DNA of 64,000 nt. It comes from the human T2T-CHM13v2.0 reference genome, Homo sapiens. Positions 51,273 to 62,390 of this stretch are shown here, in pieces. Within the stretch, counting starts at the first letter, position 1. Every line of letters starts with the position of its first letter. The stretch lies in NCBI RefSeq assembly GCF_009914755.1, contig NC_060926.1; one strand, written 5' to 3'. The notes beneath the pieces are model-generated. The model had not been told where the DNA came from, did no database searches, and worked only from the letters and a program-made list of their open reading frames with translations. The translations under genes were made by a program, and so were the position numbers.

Positions 51273-52346
51273 AAGTGAAGAAATGAAGAAGACAGAATAA
51301 TGAAGGGAAACTAGGAGGGACAGCCTGGAGAAACATTCCTGAGGCAAGAGACCTTGATAGCCTCATGCCATCTGGGCAAGAGAACTGGAGGAGGTCCTGC
51401 AGCTCTGGCCAGCCCACCTTTCCAGCACTCCAGGCTCTGGTGATATAATAGAGAGAAGGGCCACTAGACTAGTTCTAGAGAGTTATATTTCTTTCATTTG
51501 TTCCTTTATGGTGCAAAGACACGTTGAGTGTCTTCTCCAGGATTGGTACTGGCCTGGACACAGCGTCTAGTGCTGCCACTATGATTTTCCAAGTGATCAT
51601 AGAAAAACCGTTTTTCTTTTACATCTGTTTAATGAGGGCATTAGTTTTGATGATTTCAAAAGCATCTTCCAGTTGTGATATTGTACAATTATACAATATT
51701 ATACTATTTATTTTTTTCGCTTTTAAAGCTTACTCATTTTCTGTCCTGGCTCTTCAGCTCTCAGCTTATTGCTTTGATGGCACCCACCAATGGGCAGAAT
51801 GAAATACTGACCACAAAAAAGATTGTATCAATAGAGTCAATTTCTGTGGCAGAGGACTTTTCATGATCCCTGCATGGTATTACATAGAAAGCCTTGAAAT
51901 GTTCCTTGCCCAAGTGAGAGGCAGTGGTCAATGCATGGAGATTTCTATGTCATGGCCTGGGCTCCTGGGAGATTTCCCTGATAAAAATAGGTGATTGTCT
52001 CACCCTGAGGTGGGAATCAGGCTTTTTTAAAAAAATTTATATCTCTTCTAAAATGACAATATTGGTTAAATTTGGAATAGGAAGAACAGCATTAGCTATG
52101 GGATGTTGTGCATTTCCTCACCCTCCGTGAGTCTCAGTTTTCTCTCCAGTTCAGCAACACTCACCTAACAGTGCTGTTGTAAGAAGGAAATGACATAAAG
52201 CTCAATACATGCTAAGGTCAGGGCCTCCGTCCTTGTATGACTTCAAGTAATATTTGTTTTCCTTTTGTCCCTTTACCCCTTTGCTGAGCTGACCAAATAG
52301 GATCTTGTGTGCTGGTTGCAGCACTTTGTAAAGTACAAAACAAAAA

Positions 52347-52458
52347 AATGAATTATTATTATTGGCACCAGCACATACTCCAGGATTTGAGCAATGAGAA
52401 TCTTCTGGTATTTCTCAAATCCTGGAGTATGTGCTGGTGCTGATAGTAATAATTCATT
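52347..52458 (+). other. Long inverted repeat / pre-miRNA-like fold-back
   Basis: Arms 52347-52391 and 52414-52458 (45 bp; inner 27 bp perfect), 22-nt spacer. Confidence 0.9.
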
Positions 52459-52763
52459 ATTTCTTTTGCCAACTGCTGCCTTCTGCTGACTGTTGACCCA
52501 CTTCCGTGGGGACGTCAACCCATAAGTTGGTCTATACATATCAACTTAAATTCTGGAGCCTTAGATAGGTAATACAGCAAAAACATAGGCACCTACCCTT
52601 GATTTGAGCCCTTTAGAGAATGGTACATTTCAATCAAATATTTCAGGCCAGTGGCACTCAGCTTATGGGTGGGATGGCTAACCTTGGACCTCATACAATC
52701 TTGCGCTGATCTTACACACCTTTTATTTTTTACAGCCTGATATAGATCTGCAAAGGACTCTCA

Positions 52764-53106
52764 GATAATCATCCACCCTTATCCAAGGCTTTGCTTTGTG
52801 CAGTTTCTGTTACCCACAGTCAAGGGTGGTCCAAAAATGTTCCATGGACAATTCCAGAAATAAACAACGCATAAGTTTTAAATTGTATGCTATTCTGAGG
52901 AACATGATGAAATCTTGCACTGTCCTGCTCAGTCCTGTCTGAGACATAAATTACCCTTTTGCCCAGCATATCCACATTGTATATGCTCCCTGCCTGTTAT
53001 TGTATAAGAAAAAAAACCATGATGCATATAGGGTTTGACACTATCTATTGTTTCGGGCATCTACTGGGGGTCTTAGAATATACTCCTGCCAATAAGGGAG
53101 AGAGTA
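52764..53106 (+). mobile_element. MER44A (Tigger7) DNA transposon
   Basis: cccttatcc..cagtttctgttacccacagtcaa..aattccagaaataaacaa..catctactgggggtcttagaa..ataaggg. Confidence 0.88.
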
Positions 53107-54624
53107 TTTCTGAAAGGCATTCAGTGAACACAAAATATTATTTCCTTTGGTGAGTTGATTTTCCCCCTCGGTTTATTTTTGAAATGCTGCAGGGAAACGC
53201 CATCATTTCTCTCTGCCTTCTCAAGAGAGCCATAAAATGCTATTGGCTATTAGCTAAAATGCTGCCTCTTGGTTTCATTGATCTGAAGGGATTTGAGATC
53301 CCCAGGGTGACCAGAGATTAACTACACACAAATTATATTCAGAAATGTCCCTGGATACTTGCTCAGGATCTGTGTTGTTAGGGTGGTGCATTGTCAAGGC
53401 TCAGGCCAGGGTTATGAGGTCATTGGAAATTTAAAGACTAGGTCTGTGCAGCCTGTGGCGTGCAGAAGTGACTCACTTCTGGAGGTGAAGTCCTTAGAGC
53501 TCATAAAAAGGTCAGCTTCTGAGGGTTTAATCTGGGATGCACAAGTTAGCTTTAAAGGGGGAGAACTTGAGAATAAGGGATTTAATCACTGAAACAGGCC
53601 ATTAAATGCTTTTAAGAAGTTATTTTCTAAAGAGCGTACATTAGTGTCTGTGGGTATAGTCAAAGGGCAATTTCTCCTTATGTCCTCCAAACCTTCATAC
53701 AAAAGCACCTCCTTTCACTGTGCATCTGTCTTTATTCCCTCTCTATTTAGGGCCCTTGGTTCTTACTTTTTTTTCCCTTCATTATCTTCAGCTGGACTGA
53801 CTGAGAACTTGCATATGTGGTGTTAAATTCATGCAACTTCAGAAGATATATTGAAACAAATCAACACTATGAATTTTGCAGTTGTATAGTTAATTATAGT
53901 TTAAAAATTACTATTAATGAAATTACTTAAATATAATACTAATAAGTGAATACAAAATTATTATTGATAAAGGCTATATAGTTTTTAAAATATTCTCTAG
54001 TATATATGGTTAGTGTAATATAATGCATTAAATTCTCTTATCTTTTCAACATTTGAATGGAATAAAAAGAAGTAATGCTAAAGTTGGAAGATAATAGGTT
54101 TTTGGAAAGTTTTTTTTTTTTAATTTTCACCTTGGAATAATAGAACCTGCATGTTGATCCGGCATTGTAGTAGGAAAAGCATGTAAGTGCAGCCTTCATA
54201 ATGATGCTAGCAACTGTTTCTTATGAAGTGATCCAGTGGATCTTGCTGTCTCTTTCCTTCTGGGAGTCTTCTATCAGCTAGTGATAGGTCACAGGGAAAT
54301 GCCAATGGGTTCTGCCACAGTAGAGTCTTAAGAAAGGCAGCTTAGACAAATCCCAAAACCTATGAACCACATCTACATGAGTTATATTTTCATTCACTTC
54401 AAACCATTTCCCTGTTATTTAAATGTTATTTATTTGCTGTTTTTTTTTTAAGTTTAAAACTTACTTTTCTTGGGCAAATCAGATTTGTAGAATGAGAAAA
54501 GCGAGTACATTTTTCTTTAGACATGATTTTTTGATGGCCCTTGGCAAAAAATATGACAATGTAGGCCTCTCAAGTGAAATGTCTCATTACTTAGTTTTGG
54601 TAACATAGTACAACTCACATTTAC

Positions 54625-54800
54625 TTCTCATGGTGTGAAATTTCAAATTTAAACAGAAGTAGATAGAATAATACAATCAGCTCTCCTATAGGTATTATCC
54701 AGCTGCAACAATATCAACCATGGGCAATCTTACTACATCTAAACCACTGCTCCCTCTCTCCTATTATTTTAAAGCAAATCTCAGATATATAATCTCATAG
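54625..54800 (-). mobile_element. L1MC5-like 3' end
   Basis: aaatttcaaa..aagtagatagaataatacaat..atccagctgcaacaa..tattttaaagcaaatctcagata. Confidence 0.6.
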
Positions 54801-54801
54801 T

Positions 54802-54887
54802 AAATATGTATGTGTTTAATCAGTAATAGAAATGTACTTTTAAAATATGTATGTGTTTAATCAGTAATAGAAATGTACTTTTAAAAT
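54802..54887. repeat. Perfect tandem duplication, 2 x 41 bp plus 4 bp
   Basis: aaatatgtatgtgtttaatcagtaatagaaatgtactttta at 54802-54842 and 54843-54883, then aaat. Confidence 0.97.
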
Positions 54888-55239
54888 GTAGTCATGTGGC
54901 ACAATTGTTAATCAAAACAACACCTGTTGCTTACTAGTTATGTCTTGCAATCTTAGAGCTGAGCAAGCTTCTCTAGATGAGTAGACCAGTATCCATTTTA
55001 AAACCTGATTTAAAGGGCACTCCAGATGGTTCAAGTTTTTTTTTCAGAAAGAAGTAATAGGTAAATAATGGATATTAAAAGGAGAAGATATTGGTCAAAA
55101 TCAGGCAAAATATGGGCTAGTGGATCCTCAAGGTAATAAGCAAAGGAATGACAAGTTGCAATTTTTCTTTAAAAGGGAAGCAATCTTATAAGAATTAAAT
55201 TAAAGAAGGCAGAATTTTGGAGATTGAGGGTGACATTTA

Positions 55240-55500
55240 AAAAGTCATGTAAATCAATAAAATTTAGGATATAGGTAATTCTTTAGGACAAATAACTAGT
55301 TTTAATCATCAAATAAATTGCAAGAGGGGAGAAAAAGAGATGAGTTGTGATTGAAAGACACTTAAAAGACATTATCAACCAATGAGAGTATGAACCCTGT
55401 TTGGATTTTGACTCAAACAAACTAAAGGTCAGGGTGCAGGGAGGGGAGAGAATATCAGAGATGTTTGAACACTACCTGGATATTTGATAATATTAAGGAA
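55240..55500 (+). mobile_element. L1ME-class 3' fragment
   Basis: aaagacacttaaaagaca..tttggattttgactcaaacaaac..tttgaacactacctggatatttgataatattaaggaa. Confidence 0.65.
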
Positions 55501-55627
55501 ATGCTGGTTTGAGGTGATGGATATGCTAATTACACTGATTCGATCATTACAAATTGTATATATGTATTGAAATACCTTTCTGTACAATTACTAAATGTCA
55601 ATTTAAAATATAAATTTAAAAAATAAT
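55501..55627 (+). mobile_element. L1MA-class extreme 3' end
   Basis: tttgaggtgatggatatgctaattacactgattcgatcattacaaattgtata followed by an A-rich tail. Confidence 0.75.
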
Positions 55628-55971
55628 CAAAGGACAAATAACAAGATAGTATTGGTGTGTGAGACCTACATAAAAAGGCAGTAACCTCATATTTAAAAAT
55701 GCAGCCTCTGAGATAGAACCTGAATGTGTTTAAGTTTTCAGTGAGTATTGCTTGATAGGCTAGGGACTTACCCATTTTTCTGGCATTATTTCAATGGGAA
55801 GATGTCTCATGAGTTACAATAGATGATAACAGGTTGGATATGCCTCTGGTTCACCCTAATGCAGCTGAGAGAAGCTGGAAAGAGTGCCCCTGTGCTCTCT
55901 TAGAGCTGGAAGGACAGCTAGTCATGCAGGAAGAAGGGCAGTTCTCCAGCCACTGCATATGCTGAACATAC

Positions 55972-56082
55972 AGGGAGTGGAAGAATGGAAGATGGGAGGG
56001 CAAAAGAAGGGTAAGGAAAGGAAGAGATAAGAAAGAAAGGGGATAGGAGGAGAGGGAGAAGGAGGAGGGAAAGAAAAGGGGG
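55972..56082. repeat. GA-rich low-complexity tract
   Basis: Nearly pure purine run. Confidence 0.8.
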
Positions 56083-56086
56083 CTGA

Positions 56087-56350
56087 CCACTAATAATTAT
56101 TGAATGGTTAATTCTAGGCATCATGCCAAGTATTTGACTTGTATTATCTCAATTCCCTTGACCATGAACAATTAGTGTGAGTAGAATGATCCCATTCATG
56201 GCAATCCAAGTGGAAGAGATTCTGCCTTCTTTCTTCAGCAGCAGTGGCAGCAAGAAGCATTATACATTTAGCGGGACTACACAAGTTCTCACTGGATTAT
56301 TTTAATGTCTTAATACAGATTTCATGTTTTAAAAGATGAGGATAGTGAAT
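56087..56350 (-). mobile_element. MIR relic interrupted by a ~120-nt insertion
   Basis: attattgaatg..ggcatcatgccaagtatttgacttgtattatctca..atgatcccatt[insert]ttttaaaagatgaggatagtga. Confidence 0.55.
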
Positions 56351-57566
56351 TAACAATTGAATGGAATTACTAGCTAATTTTTTGGAGGATAAGGGGCCCT
56401 AACTCTGGATGATAAAATACCACCAGATAACACTCTACTCCAAAGGCAGAAGTAGTCCCAACTTTCTCAGGCCAATCAATTTTAAAGTAGTCAGTAAAGG
56501 AGTAAGATAAACAACTGTCAAGATTTTGGTTGTAGTTTTCAGCTCTGAGCCCTATCCAGAGCAGTTCTTCCAACCTTTCCTTCCCTTGACTGAGCCCAAA
56601 AAGGACAGAAGTGGTGGCCTTTTCTCTCTCCATCCTGATACACAGTGGTTCAAACCAGTTTCCTCTTCAGTGCTCTTAATGAAGAGCATTGAATGTGGTT
56701 CAATGCAGTTTTCTCTTCATTACTGGGTTTTTCCTCTACTATGAATCCACCAGTTCCATCCCTCCCATGATCTCTGACATTCAATCACACATTTTTTTTT
56801 GCATCATCTCTGAGAATTCCTCAAATTCCTAATAGAGGCAGGGCAGGATTTGAACCTGTTCCCAGGGAAATGTCATTTTCCTTTTCTCCTTGGATATTCA
56901 TTTGCCTCATCCTTTGAGCTTTCCACACATTCCTGTCTCTATCCCACTCCATTTAGAATTTTGTCATATTGGTTAAGATGATTATGGTTGCATAGATAGA
57001 TAATTCACTTTCCAATGGTTGAATAATAGTTGTTTATTACTCCACATGGCAATAGGTCTAGAGGTGGATCCCCCCAGCTAGACTGTGGAGCACAGTGGAG
57101 TCTCTTTCCATTTTCTGCTCTGCTATCTCACTTAGTCCTAGTGTTTGTTCATTGCAAGAATCAGGAAGGTTGTCTGTAGGCCAAAAAGGAGGGGCTCTTT
57201 CTTCTAGACATCACTTTCTTTTTTTTTCTGGAAGTGAAATATTACTCTGAGGTTTCCAAGTAGATGTCCGTCCAGCTGGTCAGCCATGACCTGGCTTCAT
57301 GGAAACTGGCAAAACCAGACCATGATGATTTTAGCCTTTATCATGGCAGCAGACTGCCATCATGGATGAAGAAGGTGGGGAATGGCAATTGAGTAGATTG
57401 CCAGTAGCATCTACCACACTGGTATCTCTCTTATTGAATTTTCATTCTCATTCATTCTCTAAGGAAGAGATTCTGCCCTCTTTCTTCAGCAGCAGTGGCA
57501 GCAAGAAGCATTATACATTCGGTGGGACTACCCACATTCTCACTGGATTATTTTAATGTCTTAATA
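56212..57566 (+). repeat. Dispersed direct duplication of 104 bp (56212-56315 / 57463-57566)
   Basis: Ungapped alignment, 7 mismatches, offset 1251 bp. Confidence 0.95.
56963..57419 (-). mobile_element. MLT1L/K-like LTR
   Basis: ggttaagatgattatggttgca..tttattactccacatggcaataggtctagagg..ccattttctgctctgctatc..ttgagtagattgccagtagcatctaccaca. Confidence 0.65.
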
Positions 57567-58779
57567 AAAGTCAGTGTCATACTCAAATGTGTCCATCCCT
57601 GATGACAGTCAACTAACACTTTAAGATCAAGCCTGGGTGTCTTGACATTCTTACCTCAGAGTGATTTCTGTTTTCTTCCAGGGGATCCATGGAGAGGTGA
57701 ATGGTCATCTTGCTTCTGGTCTTTGTACAAGGGTCATAGTCTGGGGACCAAGTCATTATTCCCAAAATGTCCCTTTATTTTGTCCCAGTGAGCCCACTGG
57801 ATAAATAGATAAAACTCAGAGAAGCCAGGACTCCCAGTGGGAATGCAAATGAATGTCCCTTCAGAGATGTTCATCAGATAATCAAAGTCTGATGTAGAAT
57901 TAAATGGTCTCCTGACAGATGAGCCTTCAAATATGAATTGATACAGAATACCAGCAACATTTCAGCCACTGCTATTCACATGTTGTTAGACAGGCATGAC
58001 TTGTATGATAATAGTCACTGTAACGGATATAAAATTCCCTATACAACAAAGGTAAAAACATTTCACTTGCCTTTTTATTTTTTCTTTTCAAAATTGCATC
58101 TAATCCACTTGATGCTTCCTCTTACCAGGGAAATTGACTGTCAATTTCCATAAAGATTTTCTTACAGTGCCAACCCATCTTGATTATGCAGTGGTCCAGG
58201 TGGCCTAATATTGGTCCAGAACTCTCAGGAATGGTGCTCTGATCTTCAGGCCACCTGATTTCCACTTACCTGCTCATTGTCTATGTCCACATGGTCCCTT
58301 GAATGCAGGCAGAATTGCTGCTTTATGCCGTGTTTGGTTATTGAAGTCTCTTCTGTGGATAGACCCACTGGTGGCCATGACCCAGCCTCCTAAGGAGCCC
58401 TCCGTACCCATTCCCCTATGGAGTCTGCATGTCCAGCAACCTCCTTCAAGTACTTTCTTCTTTTCCCCCCGCCCCACCGTGAGATGATATTCTCCTCAGA
58501 GGGCCTTAGGAAACACTAGTCTGGACTCTGTTCTTTGTATGATGAGTGTAGGGGAAGGATATAAGAGTGGTGAGTTGTTTTCTCACTAACTCATCCTGTT
58601 ATAGATAGGATACATTCCATATTGAAATGGAATAAAATTAGATTCTGGATTGTCCTGGTGATGAAGTAGCTACTTATAAAATATCAAATCATCACATGCT
58701 GTTGAGCATTTTGCTGGTGCGCTTAGCCAGTGTTTCCCTTTCATTTGCTGGGCTGCCTCCATGCTCTTTCACATCGTGG

Positions 58780-59085
58780 ATTGTGCTCTTAGGAGACCCT
58801 TTTCTTCCATTCTGCATGTCAAATCCCACCCACCTAACTAGACACAGTGTATAGTCCACCTTCTTCATCAAGCCCTACGAAACTTCTCACACATTCCCTG
58901 AATTGAGGAAACCGTTTCCTTTTGCTGTATCATTGGAAGACTTTGCTACACCTGTGTTATAGTATACATCCTATTCTACCTTTGGTTGTCATTATGTATG
59001 TGGATGTTGTACCCATTGTATTGGTATGTAAACCCTTTGAGAGGAGGGCTATGTTTTCTTCTTTGTGATTCATCTTCAGTCCCTA
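58780..59085 (+). mobile_element. L2 fragment
   Basis: ccaccttcttcatcaagccc..tgtaaaccctttgagaggagggctatgttttc. Confidence 0.55.
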
Positions 59086-59719
59086 GAAACTAACTGAATT
59101 GAACTGATACAAATTAGTTGTCCCCTGACCATAAATAGTATATAACAGGACACAAAATATATAGACATGGTACATAAGTAAATTAATGATATGAACAATG
59201 AAAAGAGATGTCCTGAACAGTCCAGAGTTGATTGCTAAGGACAATGACTGTTCTAACACCTTCTGATGGTAAGAGGGAGGACCATGGTGAGCTGAGGGCG
59301 TCAAGAAAAGCCTCATAGCTGTCTTTACAACTTGAGATGGATATTGTGTCATCATGAAAATTTTACTGAGTAGAAAGAAAAGGAGAGGACAGGGAAGGCA
59401 TGGAAATAGAGAGAATGATAGAAATGACTTAAGCATCTTTTGGTTATTTTGGGTACATCAGAAAGACTACCATCTTCCCCCCTCCCGTGATACCTTATGT
59501 TTTCATCAAACTTTAAAACTTAGAAACTGCTGTCACATATACTACTTTATATGATTCATCTAGTGAGGTCCATAGACTGAATTTCATTCCATTGCAAATA
59601 ACATTGTAAAGGAGATTCACTGTGTATAGTCAAAATGGACTCCATTGGTAATAGATATGCTTGGTACCAAAAGTAATGATGACGAGGATGACACTGATGG
59701 TGACGATACTGATGATAGT

Positions 59720-59925
59720 AATAACACTTACTGAATACTCACTATGTGCCCAGCATGTGCAAAATGTTTTGCATATATTAATACTAAACCTCCCAACACC
59801 TTGAAAGTCGAATTTTTAAGCCATCTCTAGATTAATAGGGGTTGAGTCGTTTGCTCTGCATCACACAGCTGTTGTTCGGTAGAACTGGGGCTCATATTGA
59901 AGTCTATTTTATTCCAAAGTCCAGT
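59720..59925 (-). mobile_element. MIR preceded by a degenerate (GAT)n tail
   Basis: aacacttactgaatactcactatgtgcccagca..catcacacagctg..tccaaagtcc. Confidence 0.75.
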
Positions 59926-61756
59926 CATTTTTCATTCCCTAGAGCCCTAACGGCTGACAAACATGACAAAGGGAAGAGCACAAGTGTCATCTCATGATAT
60001 GTGCTTAACTCACACCTTCGATAGGGTACAAATGTAATCTGCATTAACCTGCTCAAAGTTCAGCACCAGGTAAAGGCATTGCATTTACTTAGTGCTTCAT
60101 CTTATTTGCGAATACAGATATGTGGGCTTAGGCAATTACCTCCTTAGTTAATGACTTAATTGCCTCTTCAAGGTTTGATCTTGATACTCAAATCATCTCC
60201 CCGCTACCAACCCTATTTTTGTTGACACCTCAAAACCCATTTTTGGGCCTTTGTCCTTAGTTGCTGCCCAGGGTCCTCTGGTGATAGCATTCCAAGTGGG
60301 GGACATTCAACTGAAAGTGAGGCAAACAGTTGAAACCCCACGGCCTCCTTAACACAGGGATTGAAAACCTCCAAGCGATCACCAGAAATTTATGTTTGCT
60401 GTTAGAAAATTGCTTTGGGAAATGACGTGGATCAAAGAAGTAAATTTTATGTCAAGATTAACTTTAGTAGTGAGCAAAGCAGAATTTGGGGGGAGAAAAA
60501 AAAATATCCCTAGGTGTTTCATTACACTTGTATTAACATTCTTTAATATTTACCACACTCATACTTTTTGAGCCAAACTGTCAGTGAAGGCATTGAACTA
60601 CAGAGAAGATTCAGGAATTTCTCTGGAGAGGATAACTTCAGTCTCATTTTACAAACAGAAGCTGTTTATTACAGATGTGCTTCAAACAGCTGGCAGTTGT
60701 TGAAAGAATTAAGGTGAAAAATAAAATTCCTAAAAACCCCACCACACATAAACCAGGAATCCACTGCCTCTGGACTGGCCCAGATTCTTCAGCCTGTTTC
60801 CAGAAATTGCTGTTATGCAGTCTGCACAGACGGTGGAGTGCTTGGACTAGGAAGGGAGGGGAGGAAGCTTGGCAGGGCACCAGCTTGGAGCTCGATTTTT
60901 CTTCTTTTTTATTCCCCCCACAAAGAGCTGGGCCTGGTAGAAAATAAAACAAAAACAGATCCTTTTCCTCTCTCACATCTGCTTTCATCCCAGTTCTTTG
61001 GGGTTGGTGGCCCCGGATAAACCAGTGGAGCTCAGCAGGCTGCTCGCTGCTGAATGTGTTGCTGGATTTTGCTGCAGTTCAGTGCTGCTTGGCTGTGAGG
61101 TCCAAGAACACTGTTTCTCATGGGCCGACAGATATGGGACCACAGTAGTAGCCTTTGTGTGAGGGTTCAGAAAAACAACGCGTGCACTTTTAAGATGGGA
61201 GTAATATGATGCGATAAATGGTTAATTAAGCCGAGATGGATTTCTTTCCCACCTTCTTCCAGAAGTCTCCATTTCAGCTCTTAGAAGATCTAGCAGATAT
61301 ATGCTGCGGATGAGAGGTCTGCTCAGAGAAGGAGGACTGGGGACTGAATCTGTTGACAGAACTGGGAAGAACCATAATATTAAAATAAATAAATAAATAA
61401 AAGGCAGTCACCTGAGGCAAGTGTCAAAGCATCTGTAGTGGCTAAGGGATCTTTGTAACTTCCCTCTTAACATTCCAGTTGCCATTGACTAACAGAGAGG
61501 GTGCTATTCTTCATCCTGTTTACTAATTATTCTGCAATATTACTTGCCCTACTAATCTCTACCCCAGTTCTCGCCTCTTTAGAGATAATTTTTATATTAC
61601 TGATTTAGTGTTCTCATTAAAGAAACCTCTTAAATCCTCTTCTTAGCTTCTGCTTCTAGGAGCCAATTGCTCCTAATGCCATCCACATTTCCCCTGAGGC
61701 TATTTTTATAAACATAACATGTCACTCTACTGTGGTGATGGGGCAGGAGTGGGACT

Positions 61757-61920
61757 AATGCTGATTGAGAATCTACTATTGGCCAGCAATTTGGCCAACT
61801 CAATGCACATGCTCTCTGATAATCTTCCTAAAAACCAGCAAGGCAGCCACTGATATGACCATTTTACAGGTGTGGACACCCAGGTTCACAGAGTCACACT
61901 AGTGACTGTCTAAGGCCACT
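61757..61920 (-). mobile_element. MIR
   Basis: gattgagaatctactattggccagca..ccattttacaggtgtggacacccaggttcacagag. Confidence 0.6.
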
Positions 61921-62199
61921 TAGCCCACTTGGGTCAGACTGTGTTATACGGTAGGGAAAAAAGTCAACTGACAGGAGGGACTTCTTCCTAATAAGAAGTC
62001 AAAAGTGTACTTGCCTCCCTGCTCCCTGCTACGGATGATGGAGTAATGAAGGACTTAATTCACAGCAGTGACCAAGAGCAGGAATTTAAATCCCTGTGGA
62101 GGAGAGTTTGAAGGATATGGGCCTCAAAAGTCACTGTGTGTGAGGGGCCAACCACAGAGCTTGGGTTCTCATCACTCTCCTCCCACTGCCTTAAATCTT

Positions 62200-62390
62200 T
62201 GCATAGGACCTCACAGTTTTTGAAGTTCTGTCACTCACATGATCTCATTTGATCCTTACCAGATCCTTGTGAAGCAGGCTGAGCAAGGATTGTTTTCTGA
62301 ATTTTATAGACAAGGGAATTGAGGTACAGAAAAGTGCTGATTTATCTAAGCCAGCAAATGGCAGAAGCTCTGTCTAATTAATTCCATGCC
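62200..62390 (-). mobile_element. MIR
   Basis: atctcatttgatccttac..ccttgtgaagcagg..attttatagacaagggaattgaggtacaga. Confidence 0.65.

Noticed and set aside
52309-52380. Resemblance of gtgctggttgcagcac / cagcacatac to the U6 snRNA 5' end
   Set aside because: Too short and not collinear with the rest of U6.
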